From: a virus
Strand: one strand, 5' to 3'
DNA: 64,000 nt
IMG/VR virus record: IMGVR_UViG_3300037258_000514
Location: 32,001 to 96,000 of that record
Shown: one piece after another, positions 50,459 through 60,029 of the stretch
Numbering within the stretch: the first letter of the stretch is position 1
Layout of the letters: each line of letters starts with the position of its first letter
The notes under the pieces: model-generated
The model's database searches: none
Told to the model about the DNA's origin: nothing
Seen by the model: the letters and a program-made list of their open reading frames with translations, nothing else
Translations under genes and position numbers: made by a program

Positions 50459-50826
50459 ACATAGCGTTTGTAAGCAGCATCCATTACAAAAGTTATATTC
50501 ATTTTGCCTACGGGATTCATTGAGTGAACTAAGTAGTTTTTCGGAAGTTGTCCTTGTTCAATTAACCACTTAGCACAATCGTATCCCGTTTTCTCCTGAA
50601 AAATTTCGTAAGGAATTTTAACTTCATTTAGTTTTTTATCAATCTCTGCATATGCAACAACATCGCAATAGTGTTGGTAGTGTTCGGTTCCAAGATCGTG
50701 GTCGAAACTGATTACGTCCGGTACGCCGTGAAGCTCGATGTAGGCAATAAATTCTTCGTATGATCGAACCACGTCCCAAGTAAAATCAGGTGGAAGTCTA
50801 CTATCATCTAAAAATAGCTTTCTCAT
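50437..50826 (-). CDS. cyclic-phosphate-processing receiver-domain protein
   Basis: 'LFLDD.R', 'ISFDHDLG', 'TGYDCAKWL', 'HSMNPVG'. Confidence 0.85.
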   Translation of the reverse strand: MRKLFLDDSRLPPDFTWDVVRSYEEFIAYIELHGVPDVISFDHDLGTEHYQHYCDVVAYAEIDKKLNEVKIPYEIFQEKTGYDCAKWLIEQGQLPKNYLVHSMNPVGKMNITFVMDAAYKRYVGPSANG

Positions 50827-51152
50827 TTCAACATCCTCTCATATTGTTGCGTTTGTTTATCATATTGTTGCGTTATTTTACGCAGTTGATGAATATGAAT
50901 TATTTCGAACGTTATTCTTACGATCATTAAAATTGCAATTAAAATAAGAAAGCGAAAGTGGTGATTAGACCTTTTCATTCAACACTCCCCAACTCGATCC
51001 TACGGCATAAGTGGGGAAACCGCATTCTTTTAAGTTAGAGCTTACCCATGCCGCGATTTCTTCATTTGTCTTTCCGTGCATATGTGCTGCTGCTTTAATT
51101 GCAAATTCGAAACACAGATCAACGAGTTTTTGTTTTTCGTTTATCATAAATT

Positions 51153-51230
51153 TGGTGGGGGCCGTGGGATTCGAACCCACTACCTTCCGCTTAAAAGGCG
51201 GTAGCTGCAATCCTTATGAGCTTCGCCCCC
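51153..51230 (-). tRNA. tRNA-Lys(TTT)
   Basis: Loop CT-TTT-AA, CCA. Confidence 0.88.
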
Positions 51231-51286
51231 ATCTAAGATGTGTTAAGTATTTCTACAGCTACAAAACGTTTCATTTATTCTCCTTT

Positions 51287-51826
51287 CTAAATATATACTG
51301 TCTTCATATATTGTTCAAATCGCATTGCACTCAATCTTATGGCGTAAGCATAAGCCTCGTCTTGCTCTTTTGTAATCGTAAGTTTTCCATTCTTATCACG
51401 CGGTAGATGTTGCATGTAAAACTTTATTCCACCTTCCATCGCATTCCTAACTCCTGGTTGGCGAACATAAACTTTATACTTCTTATCGCTCGGTTCAATT
51501 TCAACCACAGATTGATAGGAAGCATCAGGATCTGCACTTATACATCTGTTAATTAAAGCAAATAGATCGTCAGGATGTAACGAACCGCAAAAACTACACA
51601 CACGATTTCCATTTAATTTAAACTTATGCCATCTATCCAATCCTTTTGTGTGTTCCCAAGAACCGATTCCCTGCATTCTACGTCCGCACGTTATAGGCTC
51701 AGATAGCGTATCAACCAAGCTTAAGTACGTAGGTTCTTCTTCTATTATTCCACTACATCCAACAGTCTGACATTTTTCCCCGAGAACATCAGTTGAGCGT
51801 CCTATTAAGCATTTTTTGCAATACAT
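51287..51826 (-). CDS. Cys-rich hypothetical protein
   Basis: 'CSFCGSLHP', 'KFY.QH'. Confidence 0.6.
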   Translation of the reverse strand: MYCKKCLIGRSTDVLGEKCQTVGCSGIIEEEPTYLSLVDTLSEPITCGRRMQGIGSWEHTKGLDRWHKFKLNGNRVCSFCGSLHPDDLFALINRCISADPDASYQSVVEIEPSDKKYKVYVRQPGVRNAMEGGIKFYMQHLPRDKNGKLTITKEQDEAYAYAIRLSAMRFEQYMKTVYI

Positions 51827-51842
51827 ATGGCTCCTAAGAAGT

Positions 51843-51920
51843 TGGTGGACCGCCCGGGAATTGAACCCGGAACCTTCCGCTTAAGAGGCGGTTGCTCTCA
51901 GCCTATTGAGCTAGCGGTCC
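51843..51920 (-). tRNA. tRNA-Lys(CTT)
   Basis: Loop CT-CTT-AA, CCA. Confidence 0.93.
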
Positions 51921-52615
51921 CCTTTTTAAAATTAACTAAAATTCTTGTTGTTTTTGCATTAAAAGTGTTTTTCTATTACAACGTGCTATCCTCCCTTCCA
52001 TTTCAGATCAACACTTAGTGATAGGGCTGTTGAAGCCAACTCTGGCATCACTGTCGTACGCTGTTGAAAATCTAAGCCTTTTTAGGTTCAGGCTCTTCGA
52101 ATCTTTTTACTTCCGCTTTCGGATCCATTTTGTGAACTACAGGCTCCTTGAAAGCATAGACTTCGTGGAAGAATTTCTCCAAGAATTCTGCTGTTACTTC
52201 ACCTGCAGTTTCAAATTCAACAAGAATACGTTTCCTGTCGCCTACGATGTTTTCCGATTTGAGAATTTTAACATTACTTATACGTGCCATTTCTTCTCCT
52301 ATTGAGGTATATCTGAAAGTTGACCGATAGCGTTTTTAATTGTATTAAGTGCGTTCAAGTCATTACACGTTATACCAGAAATAGCTTTCATTGCTCGTTC
52401 CCTCATACTAACTGCGCCTCCAGTATAACCAGCCTGGAAGATTTGAAATTGTGTTGCGCTCTTGTTATCGTTTAATAGCTTGTTAAAAGCATCGTTCAGT
52501 TTATCAGCCATTGTTCTCCTTTGTTTTTCATTCTCTTGTCCCTGTTCCCAACTTGTAGCAGCGCGCATTCCTTCTTGTACACCTAGGTACAAGCCTTCAT
52601 TTGTACTCCTGAAAT

Positions 52616-52690
52616 TGGTAGGCGTAGAGAGAATCGAACTCCCGTAGGACGGTAATCGGCCCGTCTGCTCTGCCCCTGAGCTATACGCCT
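52616..52690 (-). tRNA. tRNA-Ile(GAT)-like, 8-nt anticodon loop
   Basis: AGGCGTA acceptor; GACGG-GCCGATTA-CCGTC. Confidence 0.75.
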
Positions 52691-52848
52691 AAAAAAACTT
52701 ACTTTGTGCAGAACTTCGCATGTTTGGTTCTTTGTTTTTTTGAACGAAATCTATTCCCGCAGAAGCCACAAAGTTGTTTCAGCATGTGACCAGTGCCTGA
52801 TGAGCCTTCACGTACTGCTGTTGGTTTTTTCATTTATTCTCCTAAAAT

Positions 52849-52924
52849 TGGTGCACCCGGAAGGACTCGAACCTCCGATAACTGTCTTGTAAGGGCAGCG
52901 TTTTAGCCGCTAAACTACGGGTGC
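52849..52924 (-). tRNA. tRNA-Val(TAC)
   Basis: Loop CT-TAC-AA, CCA. Confidence 0.92.
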
Positions 52925-53001
52925 ATCTAGGTGCTCACCGCACCTAGACTTTGAACTTAAACATCCCCCAAGGCTTTTATACCTTTATGTTTAAGCTAAA
53001 A

Positions 53002-53096
53002 TGGTAGTGGACCGGGGAATCGAACCCGCGCCGTCGCTCTAATCTGGAGCTCTCCGGTGAGTATAAGGCACCGCCGCACATCCAGTGCTGTCCACC
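53002..53096 (-). tRNA. atypical tRNA, TAT anticodon, short D arm, long variable arm
   Basis: GGTGGAC/GTCCACT-A-CCA; CGGTG-CCTTATACT-CACCG; GGTTCGATTCC. Confidence 0.7.
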
Positions 53097-53801
53097 ATTA
53101 ACTTTCAAAACTTTTCAAATTTGCGTAAACTTCTGCGTCATGCAAACCTTCTGTTGTAAAAGGAAATCTTGCAATCGGACTAAAATCTTTTTCCAAGAAG
53201 TGCGGATCAAGTTTAATTCTGTCTTTAATACGCTCTTTCGTAGAACGATAAACTAAAATCTTCCTGCCATCGTAAGGAGTACAGCCTAAATATCTTGCCT
53301 GTACCACACATATACAGGATAAGCTCTTGATCTCTTTAATGTTGATTATAGAAAAGAGTTCAGGATTAGGATTCGGTGGATCAGTTTTGCCTGCACTACT
53401 ACCAAGTAAATTTATTCCCATTTTAGATATTCTCAAAAATTGGTATTCGCAAATCACATTTAGGATTCATCGAGTACTTTGTTCGGTACCAGTAAACGTA
53501 TGAATGCCATTTCGGATTGTAGTAAGCTTCTTTCTCTTCTTTGTTAAGTAACTTCATAAGAAGCTCAACGTTATCTACTATAATCTCGTCAGGTTGATCT
53601 TGCCAATCAGCCCACAATTTTTGTAATCCATCTTCTATCTCTAGAATTAGATCAGGATATTTTTCCACTAAGTGGAGTTCGACTCCACGTAAGTCTAAAC
53701 GATGTCGCGTTGTTCTGCGCGTATTGTAGTAGTTCTCTTGCTCAGGCGTTAGTTTTGCAATTCCGCACACGTGGCACCCCGGTGATCCGCACATAAAGTT
53801 T

Positions 53802-53875
53802 TGGTGGCTCGTGACAGAATCGAACTGTCGTAGGTTGCTTATGAGACAACTGAACTACCACTGTTCTAACGAGCC
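53802..53875 (-). tRNA. tRNA-Met/Ile2(CAT)
   Basis: Loop CT-CAT-AA, CCA. Confidence 0.9.
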
Positions 53876-53884
53876 TCTAAATTT

Positions 53885-53962
53885 TGGCTGTGGGAGAGGG
53901 ATTCGAACCCCCGACCGTCACCTTAACAGGGTGCCGCTCTTACCGGACTGAGCTATCCCACA
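53885..53962 (-). tRNA. tRNA-Asn(GTT)
   Basis: Loop CT-GTT-AA, G73, CCA. Confidence 0.92.
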
Positions 53963-54579
53963 AAGTTTTTTGCTACTGCGATCCATTGTTGCGGATCGTT
54001 AAACATTTCTTTCCACTTAATACGCAAAACTTTCCAACCTTTGCTAATTAAGTAAGTATCTTTTCTCTGATCTCTTTCTTTAACTTCAATGTCTTCGTGT
54101 TGCTGGCCATCAATTTCAATTGCAAGCATTTTATTCTTCCAGGCGAAGTCAATTTTAAAAACTCCGGTCTGTAAGTTAAAATCATAATATTTATCTGTAA
54201 ATTCGTTTTCTATAACTTTCATGAAAAATTGTTCAGGATAAGATGGTTCGTTATTCCATTGACAAAATCCAATGTTATGTGCACGACCTTCGGCATGAGC
54301 CACTTTCATTTTTTCTGATAGTAGTTGTTTAGTTTCTTTTGTTTGAACTCTTCCTTGCCTGCCGCGTAATTTATTACTGCAACGTGCCGCGCTTAATGCT
54401 ACTCGAGGATCTTGTTTCGTTAATCCTTTATTCCAAGGAATGTTTCCTTTTGCTGATCCTGCTTTAAATGTTATTCCTGCCCCGTGCATTCTCCAGACGT
54501 GTGAAGCAAGTCCTCTTTCAGGTAATTCTTTTTCGCAATGATTGCATATTACTCGTGTTTTTGAAAGCGTATTATACAT
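53953..54579 (-). CDS. C2H2 + DUF559-like homing endonuclease; stop inside tRNA-Asn
   Basis: 'C.HC.....GL.SH...H', 'PWNKGL', 'IDFAW', 'IEIDG.QH'. Confidence 0.85.
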   Translation of the reverse strand: MYNTLSKTRVICNHCEKELPERGLASHVWRMHGAGITFKAGSAKGNIPWNKGLTKQDPRVALSAARCSNKLRGRQGRVQTKETKQLLSEKMKVAHAEGRAHNIGFCQWNNEPSYPEQFFMKVIENEFTDKYYDFNLQTGVFKIDFAWKNKMLAIEIDGQQHEDIEVKERDQRKDTYLISKGWKVLRIKWKEMFNDPQQWIAVAKNFVG

Positions 54580-54585
54580 AAAAAC

Positions 54586-54698
54586 TTCTGCAACAGTTAT
54601 CCGCCTTTTACTAGCCACTAGTAGAACTATTGTATTGGAAGTCCGCGGTGCTCCCCTCATTCCTACTAGTGATAGCGAGCTATGAATCTGTTGCAGAA
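54586..54698 (-). ncRNA. unassigned long hairpin RNA (strand inferred)
   Basis: TTCTGCAACAG/CTGTTGCAGAA closing stem and CACTAGTAG/CTACTAGTG inner stem. Confidence 0.55.
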
Positions 54699-54703
54699 AG
54701 TTG

Positions 54704-54946
54704 TTATTCGACTAAGCTAAAGTCGACGTAAAAGCGTTTCTTAGCGTGTAATGCATCCACAAAAATCTTAAATGCATCCGGATTTGTAATCATCATTTGT
54801 ATTGAGCCTGAAGGTGTCCATTTCGACCAATCTGTGTTGTCACCTTCTTTATCATTTCCGGCAGTTAGTTTAACGTTGCCTGAACCTTCCGGAGATTCAT
54901 ATAACTCAACGCCTGTTACTCTAAACTTCGCTCTTACTTGTGCCAT
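54704..54946 (-). CDS. conserved small phage protein
   Basis: 'VRAKF', 'WSKWTPSG.I...ITNP.A', 'YVDF'. Confidence 0.7.
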   Translation of the reverse strand: MAQVRAKFRVTGVELYESPEGSGNVKLTAGNDKEGDNTDWSKWTPSGSIQMMITNPDAFKIFVDALHAKKRFYVDFSLVE

Positions 54947-55013
54947 TTTATTTCTCGAAGCCGTATAGCTTTATCGGCTAAGAATTTTCTACGGTACTAC
55001 TCTCCGTAAGAAC

Positions 55014-55088
55014 TGGTTGCGGGGGTTGGATTTGCACCAACGTCTGCAGGTTATGAGCCTACCGTATGACCTACGCTACCACCCCGCG
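55014..55088 (-). tRNA. tRNA-fMet-like (CAT)
   Basis: CGCGGGG start with C1:A72 mismatch; loop CT-CAT-AA. Confidence 0.85.
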
Positions 55089-55557
55089 TCAAACTAATCT
55101 TGTTCCCGCGTTTCCATCCAAGTTCGTAAAACGAATTAAGTTCTGTTAGCCGAACTAACATTGTCTTCTTTTCGCTAACGTTGTAAATCCATCTTTTCCC
55201 GAAGTTTGGGTTTTGTTCTCCTAGTCTCCCATGTAACTGACGAGCTTTTTCTAATCCATGTTTTTCAACAGTTGCTTGCCATAAATTTTTTGTGACTGCT
55301 CCACAAGCAATTGCATCTTGCCTGTTCTCTGATGGTGTTCCCCAATACAAATGAAACGGATTATTGCATTTCTCATTGTGACAGGCATGACAAGCTTGTA
55401 TCCTATGACCTTTTGGAACAGTTGTATTAAGTATGTGTGCAAGCAATCCTCTGCATTGCTCGGAATTACATCCACGTTCAACGCAGAACTCATTTAGTTT
55501 GAGATGAGATTGTCGCTCACTTTTTGTAAGCAAAATATAGTCTTCAATCTTAATCAT
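55051..55557 (-). CDS. HNH/His-Cys endonuclease, paralog 1
   Basis: 'ACHACHN.KCNNPFHLYWGT.SEN..D'. Confidence 0.85.
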   Translation of the reverse strand: MIKIEDYILLTKSERQSHLKLNEFCVERGCNSEQCRGLLAHILNTTVPKGHRIQACHACHNEKCNNPFHLYWGTPSENRQDAIACGAVTKNLWQATVEKHGLEKARQLHGRLGEQNPNFGKRWIYNVSEKKTMLVRLTELNSFYELGWKRGNKISLTRGGSVGHTVGS

Positions 55558-56057
55558 GCTCCATCCCTGCGTGATACAACTAAACTTTTGTTTTTCTTTG
55601 CTTCGTTTTTCTTAAACTGTTCTCTTATTGCATTTGCAATATGAGGCAGCGCTGAAAGATCACGTCGACATTCTTCCAAAGAATAGCCAGCTTTCGCTGC
55701 TGCTGCGTCTGCTGTAAAACCTTGTATGTAACAAGTAACAAAATGATGCTCTTTCTTGTTCAACTTCTTCTCTTTTATTTTTCGTTGTTTACCTATTGCT
55801 AAGCAATCATCTACAAATTTGTTAAACTCTCCTTCACGAATTCCGTTGATAAGAGCATCGTATTTCTTGTTCGCTTCTTCATTCATCGCAGCTTGACTAT
55901 CTAAGAAAAGTCTCTGAAGATGAGGGGCCAAAGAAAGATGAAGATCTCTAACAGTTATTTTTAAATTTTGTATTTCAGTAAGTACTTGATCGAGCTTTAC
56001 TTTTTTTGGCTTTGCTTTTGTCTTTTTCTTCATATGGTAAGCATTTATATATACCAA
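55554..56057 (-). CDS. hypothetical protein with a TerS-like HTH
   Basis: 'HFV..Y......AAAAKAGYS'. Confidence 0.5.
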   Translation of the reverse strand: MVYINAYHMKKKTKAKPKKVKLDQVLTEIQNLKITVRDLHLSLAPHLQRLFLDSQAAMNEEANKKYDALINGIREGEFNKFVDDCLAIGKQRKIKEKKLNKKEHHFVTCYIQGFTADAAAAKAGYSLEECRRDLSALPHIANAIREQFKKNEAKKNKSLVVSRRDGA

Positions 56058-56062
56058 TTACT

Positions 56063-56372
56063 TGTGCCACGTATTCTGTTGACAGGGACGTGGCCTAACC
56101 CCGCTACTTAGCGAACTAAGCAGCAGCAGCTTGCGACATCCATGCGCCCTGAGGGATCATGAAAGGAGCAATCTGAGCAGTTTTGTCTGCATTTACAATT
56201 AGCTTCTCGTTACGGTGAGCAGCTATTTCCGGCGTCGCAAACAATCTACCTTACCTCCGTCGAATCTAATTCATCCCCGTAATTAGCGTCGAGAATGTTT
56301 AGTTGGTGGAGATGGCGGGGTACTGCCCCCCGCGTCCGTCGGTATAGCACATTGTTTGATATACGGCGCACT
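56063..56372 (-). ncRNA. ssrA: permuted two-piece tmRNA (outer ends approximate)
   Basis: Acceptor piece ...GACGCGGGGGGCAGTACCCCGCCATCTCCACCA (ends 56304) precedes GGGGATGAATTAGATTCGAC (starts 56278); tag ORF 56190..56116 ADKTAQIAPFMIPQGAWMSQAAAA*. Confidence 0.88.
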
Positions 56373-56375
56373 GTC

Positions 56376-56981
56376 TTAAAACTTTAATTTCCTACCTAAT
56401 TGCCAACCCTGTGTAAGATATAGTGCGGTTTCTTCTTTTGCAACAGCTTTTGACTTTTTCTCTTTTGTATTAAAGATCCAGTTTGTTCCAAATCTGTTAT
56501 TTTTGCTTCCCTGTTTTAACATACTCATTAATTCACACGAGCTTTGTTTATGTTTACTCCCCGTCCATTTTCTCTGACCGCGCAAGCTTGCACTCAATGC
56601 AAGTTGTCTGCGAACGTCTGTATTACTATCTAACCAGATACGTAATTTTACGTAAGCTCTTTTCCCTCCAAGAAGTCTATTAAATTTGTTTTGTTTCTCT
56701 ACCCACTCCCATCCGCCCATACCTCCGTTGTTAAGATTATAACATAACGGATTTTCTTTTTCTGCTTCAACAAGTCGAGCCTCGAGCGCAAACATATCTT
56801 CTGCATTGTCGAAATCTGCAAGCACTTCTTTACTAAAATTTACTATGCCATGCTTCTTTATTGCGTACCAGAAAAGTACTCCTGATCCTAAGTAACTATC
56901 ATCAGGCTTTTCTGTTTTATGCGCTCCGATGTAAAACTTGTTATTCACTTTACATGTCGTTTTATAAACTGTATAGTGCAT
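56376..56981 (-). CDS. GIY-YIG (Seg-like) homing endonuclease
   Basis: 'VYKTT...N.KFYIG.H.T...DD.YLGSG', 'CYNL..GG'. Confidence 0.88.
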   Translation of the reverse strand: MHYTVYKTTCKVNNKFYIGAHKTEKPDDSYLGSGVLFWYAIKKHGIVNFSKEVLADFDNAEDMFALEARLVEAEKENPLCYNLNNGGMGGWEWVEKQNKFNRLLGGKRAYVKLRIWLDSNTDVRRQLALSASLRGQRKWTGSKHKQSSCELMSMLKQGSKNNRFGTNWIFNTKEKKSKAVAKEETALYLTQGWQLGRKLKF

Positions 56982-57124
56982 AGCAACAAACTTGTTTTAA
57001 ATACAGGTAGTCCCACGAACAAGTACTTCGCAAGATTTTAATCCGTTAGTACTCTCGCCTTACTACCTGCATTAGGGCGACCAATAAACCAGCCGCCTCC
57101 ACCATCCAGTCGGACCCTAATATA

Positions 57125-57141
57125 CGCTAGGCCACTCCCCG
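57125..57141 (-). pseudogene. tRNA-Pro-like 5' fragment
   Basis: CGGGGAG-TG-GCCTAGCG, then abrupt loss of tRNA structure. Confidence 0.35.
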
Positions 57142-57543
57142 AAACTTTAATCTCCTGTTACTTCCTCTTCTTTTTTTTCGGGCTCTTTAAACTCTGGAGT
57201 AAACTGTGTTTCGTTGTGTTTTAGGTCTGCAATAATTGCAGGCGTTGCATCTGAGTGTTTTACGGGAAGCATTTTACCACACCGTATGCAAGGCGATCCG
57301 GGTTGTTGATCCGGGGCATCATGAGAGCAAGTATCAAGATCAGCCATAGTAATTCTCCTAGTTAAAACTACCACCAGTCCAGTTTTTAATGTAAAAAAGA
57401 ATTGACCTAAAAACTTTTGAAAGAAGAAAGTAATAAAGTAAATACATTACTACGCCATCGTAGAAATAAGCTGAGAGCAGTGCTGCTGTTATATCTGATG
57501 TTGTTCGTTCTAAGAACGTTAATTTTTCCATAGTAGTAAAAAA

Positions 57544-57619
57544 TGGTGGACACTCCCGGAATCGAACCGGATTTTCTAGCTCTTCAGGCAAGCACATTGA
57601 CCTTCAATGTTAAGTGTCC
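57544..57619 (-). tRNA. tRNA-Phe(GAA)
   Basis: Loop CT-GAA-GA, CCA. Confidence 0.88.
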
Positions 57620-57864
57620 ATTTAACTCGCTATAACTTCTTTGACTACATGTCCTATGTGAGCAATACCTTTCGGTACACCACATTCGTTGCACATCCCG
57701 TATTTCTCGGGAAGCGGCTTGTTTGGATTGCAACAGTCGTGTCCACAGCGTTTACAAAATGGACGTTGAAGTCCGTTGTATGTTCGACACTTACAACATC
57801 CCCATCCCGGTAATAGATCTCTTACGTCGAGTAGTAACTGACATTGTTCTGTGTTCATAAAATT

Positions 57865-57943
57865 TGGTGCCCTAGGTGGGATTCGAACCCACAAAATCTT
57901 CTGGGTCTAAGCCAGACGCCTTTTCCGATTTGACCACTAGGGC
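57865..57943 (-). tRNA. tRNA-Leu(TAG)
   Basis: Loop CT-TAG-AC, short variable region, CCA. Confidence 0.88.
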
Positions 57944-58399
57944 CTCTTTACTATAAACTCCTTGTTTATGTAGGAGTTTAATAGAATCTGATATTTTTAG
58001 ACACTGTTCTTCAGGTTTTGGCTTTCCTTTATTACCACAACCATTCGTGTTTCCTCTGTGAGCTTGTCTTATTCGTGAAGCTTCTTCGCCATACTTTGCA
58101 ACTGTGTACTGCCAAACTGTTTTGTTATTTCGTCCGCTAGATATAGCATCCATTCTGTTTTCTCTAGGCGTACCCCAGTACACGTGAAATGGATTGCTAC
58201 ATTCTCCATTATGGCAAGCGTGACAAAGTTGAATTTTGTTTCCTCTTGGAATTGATGTATCCAAAATATAAGCTAGTAAGCCTTTTGAATAAACAGAAAC
58301 CCATCCCTCACCGCCACGATAAACACAAGGTTCATTAAGTTTTAAATGACGTTGTCTCTCGGCTTGGGATAGTAGAATATATTCTTCTATTCTAATCAT
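57872..58399 (-). CDS. HNH/His-Cys endonuclease, paralog 2
   Basis: 'LCHACHNGECSNPFHVYWGT..EN..D'; start revised to MIRIEEYILL. Confidence 0.85.
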   Translation of the reverse strand: MIRIEEYILLSQAERQRHLKLNEPCVYRGGEGWVSVYSKGLLAYILDTSIPRGNKIQLCHACHNGECSNPFHVYWGTPRENRMDAISSGRNNKTVWQYTVAKYGEEASRIRQAHRGNTNGCGNKGKPKPEEQCLKISDSIKLLHKQGVYSKEALVVKSEKASGLDPEDFVGSNPT

Positions 58400-58405
58400 G
58401 CAGGC

Positions 58406-58434
58406 ATTATAAATTAATTTAACGTGTCTACCAA
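58406..58434 (-). promoter_or_regulatory. sigma70 promoter, leaderless HNH transcript
   Basis: TTGGTA-17-TATAAT-6-ATG. Confidence 0.65.
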
Positions 58435-58442
58435 GCATAAAT

Positions 58443-58520
58443 TGGTGCGCAGAGGGAGATTTGAACTCCCAAACAACTGATTCTCAACCAGTTAGGTATG
58501 CCTGTTCCCTTCATCTGCGC
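58443..58520 (-). tRNA. tRNA-Leu(GAG)
   Basis: Loop TT-GAG-AA, short variable region, CCA. Confidence 0.88.
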
Positions 58521-58527
58521 AAATTTG

Positions 58528-58616
58528 TTCGGTAAGGTGATTCATGCGCAACAAACCCTCTCTCAAAAGAAGAAAAGCGTGTGCAGGATCTCCCTGTACA
58601 ACACAGCCTTACCGAA
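58528..58616 (-). ncRNA. unassigned structured RNA filling the Tyr-Leu spacer
   Basis: 10-bp closing stem TTCGGTAAGG/CCTTACCGAA. Confidence 0.5.
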
Positions 58617-58618
58617 TA

Positions 58619-58705
58619 TGGTGCATTGGGTTGGACTCGAACCAACGTAGCCACTATGGGCAACTGGGTTACAGCCAGTCTGTTTTGCCGCTCACACACC
58701 AATGC
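58619..58705 (-). tRNA. tRNA-Tyr(GTA)
   Basis: Loop CT-GTA-AC, long variable arm, CCA. Confidence 0.9.
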
Positions 58706-58929
58706 GAAACTACTTAAAAAGTTCTTCGTAAGCTTGTATCATCGTAGTATACTTATTCAGAGGATGTTCATCTGTCCACTCAACTTCACAAACTTCCGTT
58801 TTCATTACTTTCGGCATAATACAACGGTTTGGGTAGTGAGTGTTTTCTATTACGCTTTCTATTTCTTCTGGCGAAAGCTTATCATGATTAACAATGAGTA
58901 TTTCTACTTTGTATACTGTAGTCATAATC

Positions 58930-59021
58930 TGGAAGAGGGTAACGGAATTGAACCGTCTGTCTGCAATAGCAGCGCAGGTCCTGGGTTCGAGCCAAGTTGC
59001 CCACCATGAGCACTACCCTCT
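58930..59021 (-). tRNA. tRNA-Ser(CGA)
   Basis: Loop CT-CGA-AC, long variable arm; first nt shared with the CCA of the upstream tRNA. Confidence 0.82.
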
Positions 59022-59109
59022 GGCGGTGAGAGCGAGAGTCGAACTCGCGCGTCCCTTGCGGGTACTCCTGCTTTCCAGACAGGTGCTTTTACCATTCAGC
59101 CATCTCACC
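59021..59109 (-). tRNA. tRNA-Ser(GGA)
   Basis: Loop CT-GGA-AA, G73, CCA. Confidence 0.93.
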
Positions 59110-59110
59110 T

Positions 59111-59659
59111 CTAAACTTGAGTATTTCTATCGCGTTTGTATTTTCCTTGCGCGTGTAATTCTTTAACAGCTGATGAGATCAACGCGTTCGTGCAACTAGC
59201 CCTTCCGCGCTGCCAATCAGGATAGTTGTTAATTTCTTCTTTTAAAATAAGTTTTTCACTTATTCCATTTGTAATCCAAATCTTTCCAAAAATAACTTGA
59301 CTTGCTTTTTGAATGTTTATCAAAGCATTTTGTCTTGCTAACGTTCGTGCTTTTTCTTCTCCATGTTTCGCTATTGATTTTTCCCAAATATTATGCTGGC
59401 TCCCGGCTTGTTTTGCGTCGTAAAAATTTTCGGTAGGCGTGCCCCAGTATAAGTGAAAAGGATTACTACATTTGTCATTATTACAAGCATGGCAAAGATA
59501 AATTGTATGTTTACTGGGAACTGTTGTATCAAGAATGTATGCGAGTAATCCTTTACACTCCGTTGAGTTACATCCTCTTTCTTCACACAGACTAGAAAGT
59601 TCAAGATGTGCCTGACGATCTACTTTTGTCTTTAAGATATACTCTTCTATTTTAATCAT
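59111..59659 (-). CDS. HNH/His-Cys endonuclease, paralog 3
   Basis: 'LCHACNNDKCSNPFHLYWGT..EN..D', 'WITNG'. Confidence 0.85.
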   Translation of the reverse strand: MIKIEEYILKTKVDRQAHLELSSLCEERGCNSTECKGLLAYILDTTVPSKHTIYLCHACNNDKCSNPFHLYWGTPTENFYDAKQAGSQHNIWEKSIAKHGEEKARTLARQNALINIQKASQVIFGKIWITNGISEKLILKEEINNYPDWQRGRASCTNALISSAVKELHAQGKYKRDRNTQV

Positions 59660-59666
59660 AAGAAAT

Positions 59667-59761
59667 TGGAGGAGGGCCGGAGAGTTGAACTCCGTTATGC
59701 CAGGTGCTCTGACATTCGCCAGTTTTCAAAACTGGTGGCTGGACCGTGCGCCACGCCCTCC
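59667..59761 (-). tRNA. tRNA-Ser(TGA)
   Basis: Loop TT-TGA-AA, long variable arm, CCA. Confidence 0.88.
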
Positions 59762-59938
59762 TAATATCGTGTACTAAACGTTAACTTTTTAATTTGTGCG
59801 CGTCTCATAATGTAGTTCTTTAAGAATGCAGCCTGACGAATTTTTCCTTCTTCAACGGCACGAATAGAAAAGTTGATCATTAGCTCAAAGAAACGTTCTT
59901 GCTGCTTGCGTAGTTCATTCAAACTAGGCATAAGATTA

Positions 59939-60029
59939 TGGCGGAGGGTACAGGATTTGAACCTGTGGAACGTTTATAGTTCACTTCTTTAGCAAAGAAG
60001 CGCGATAAGCCGGACTCTGCCAACCCTCC
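59939..60029 (-). tRNA. tRNA-Ser(GCT)
   Basis: Loop TT-GCT-AA, G73, CCA. Confidence 0.93.

Noticed and set aside
59667-59761. Selenocysteine or opal suppressor tRNA
   Set aside because: The anticodon on the coding strand is TGA (Ser), not TCA.
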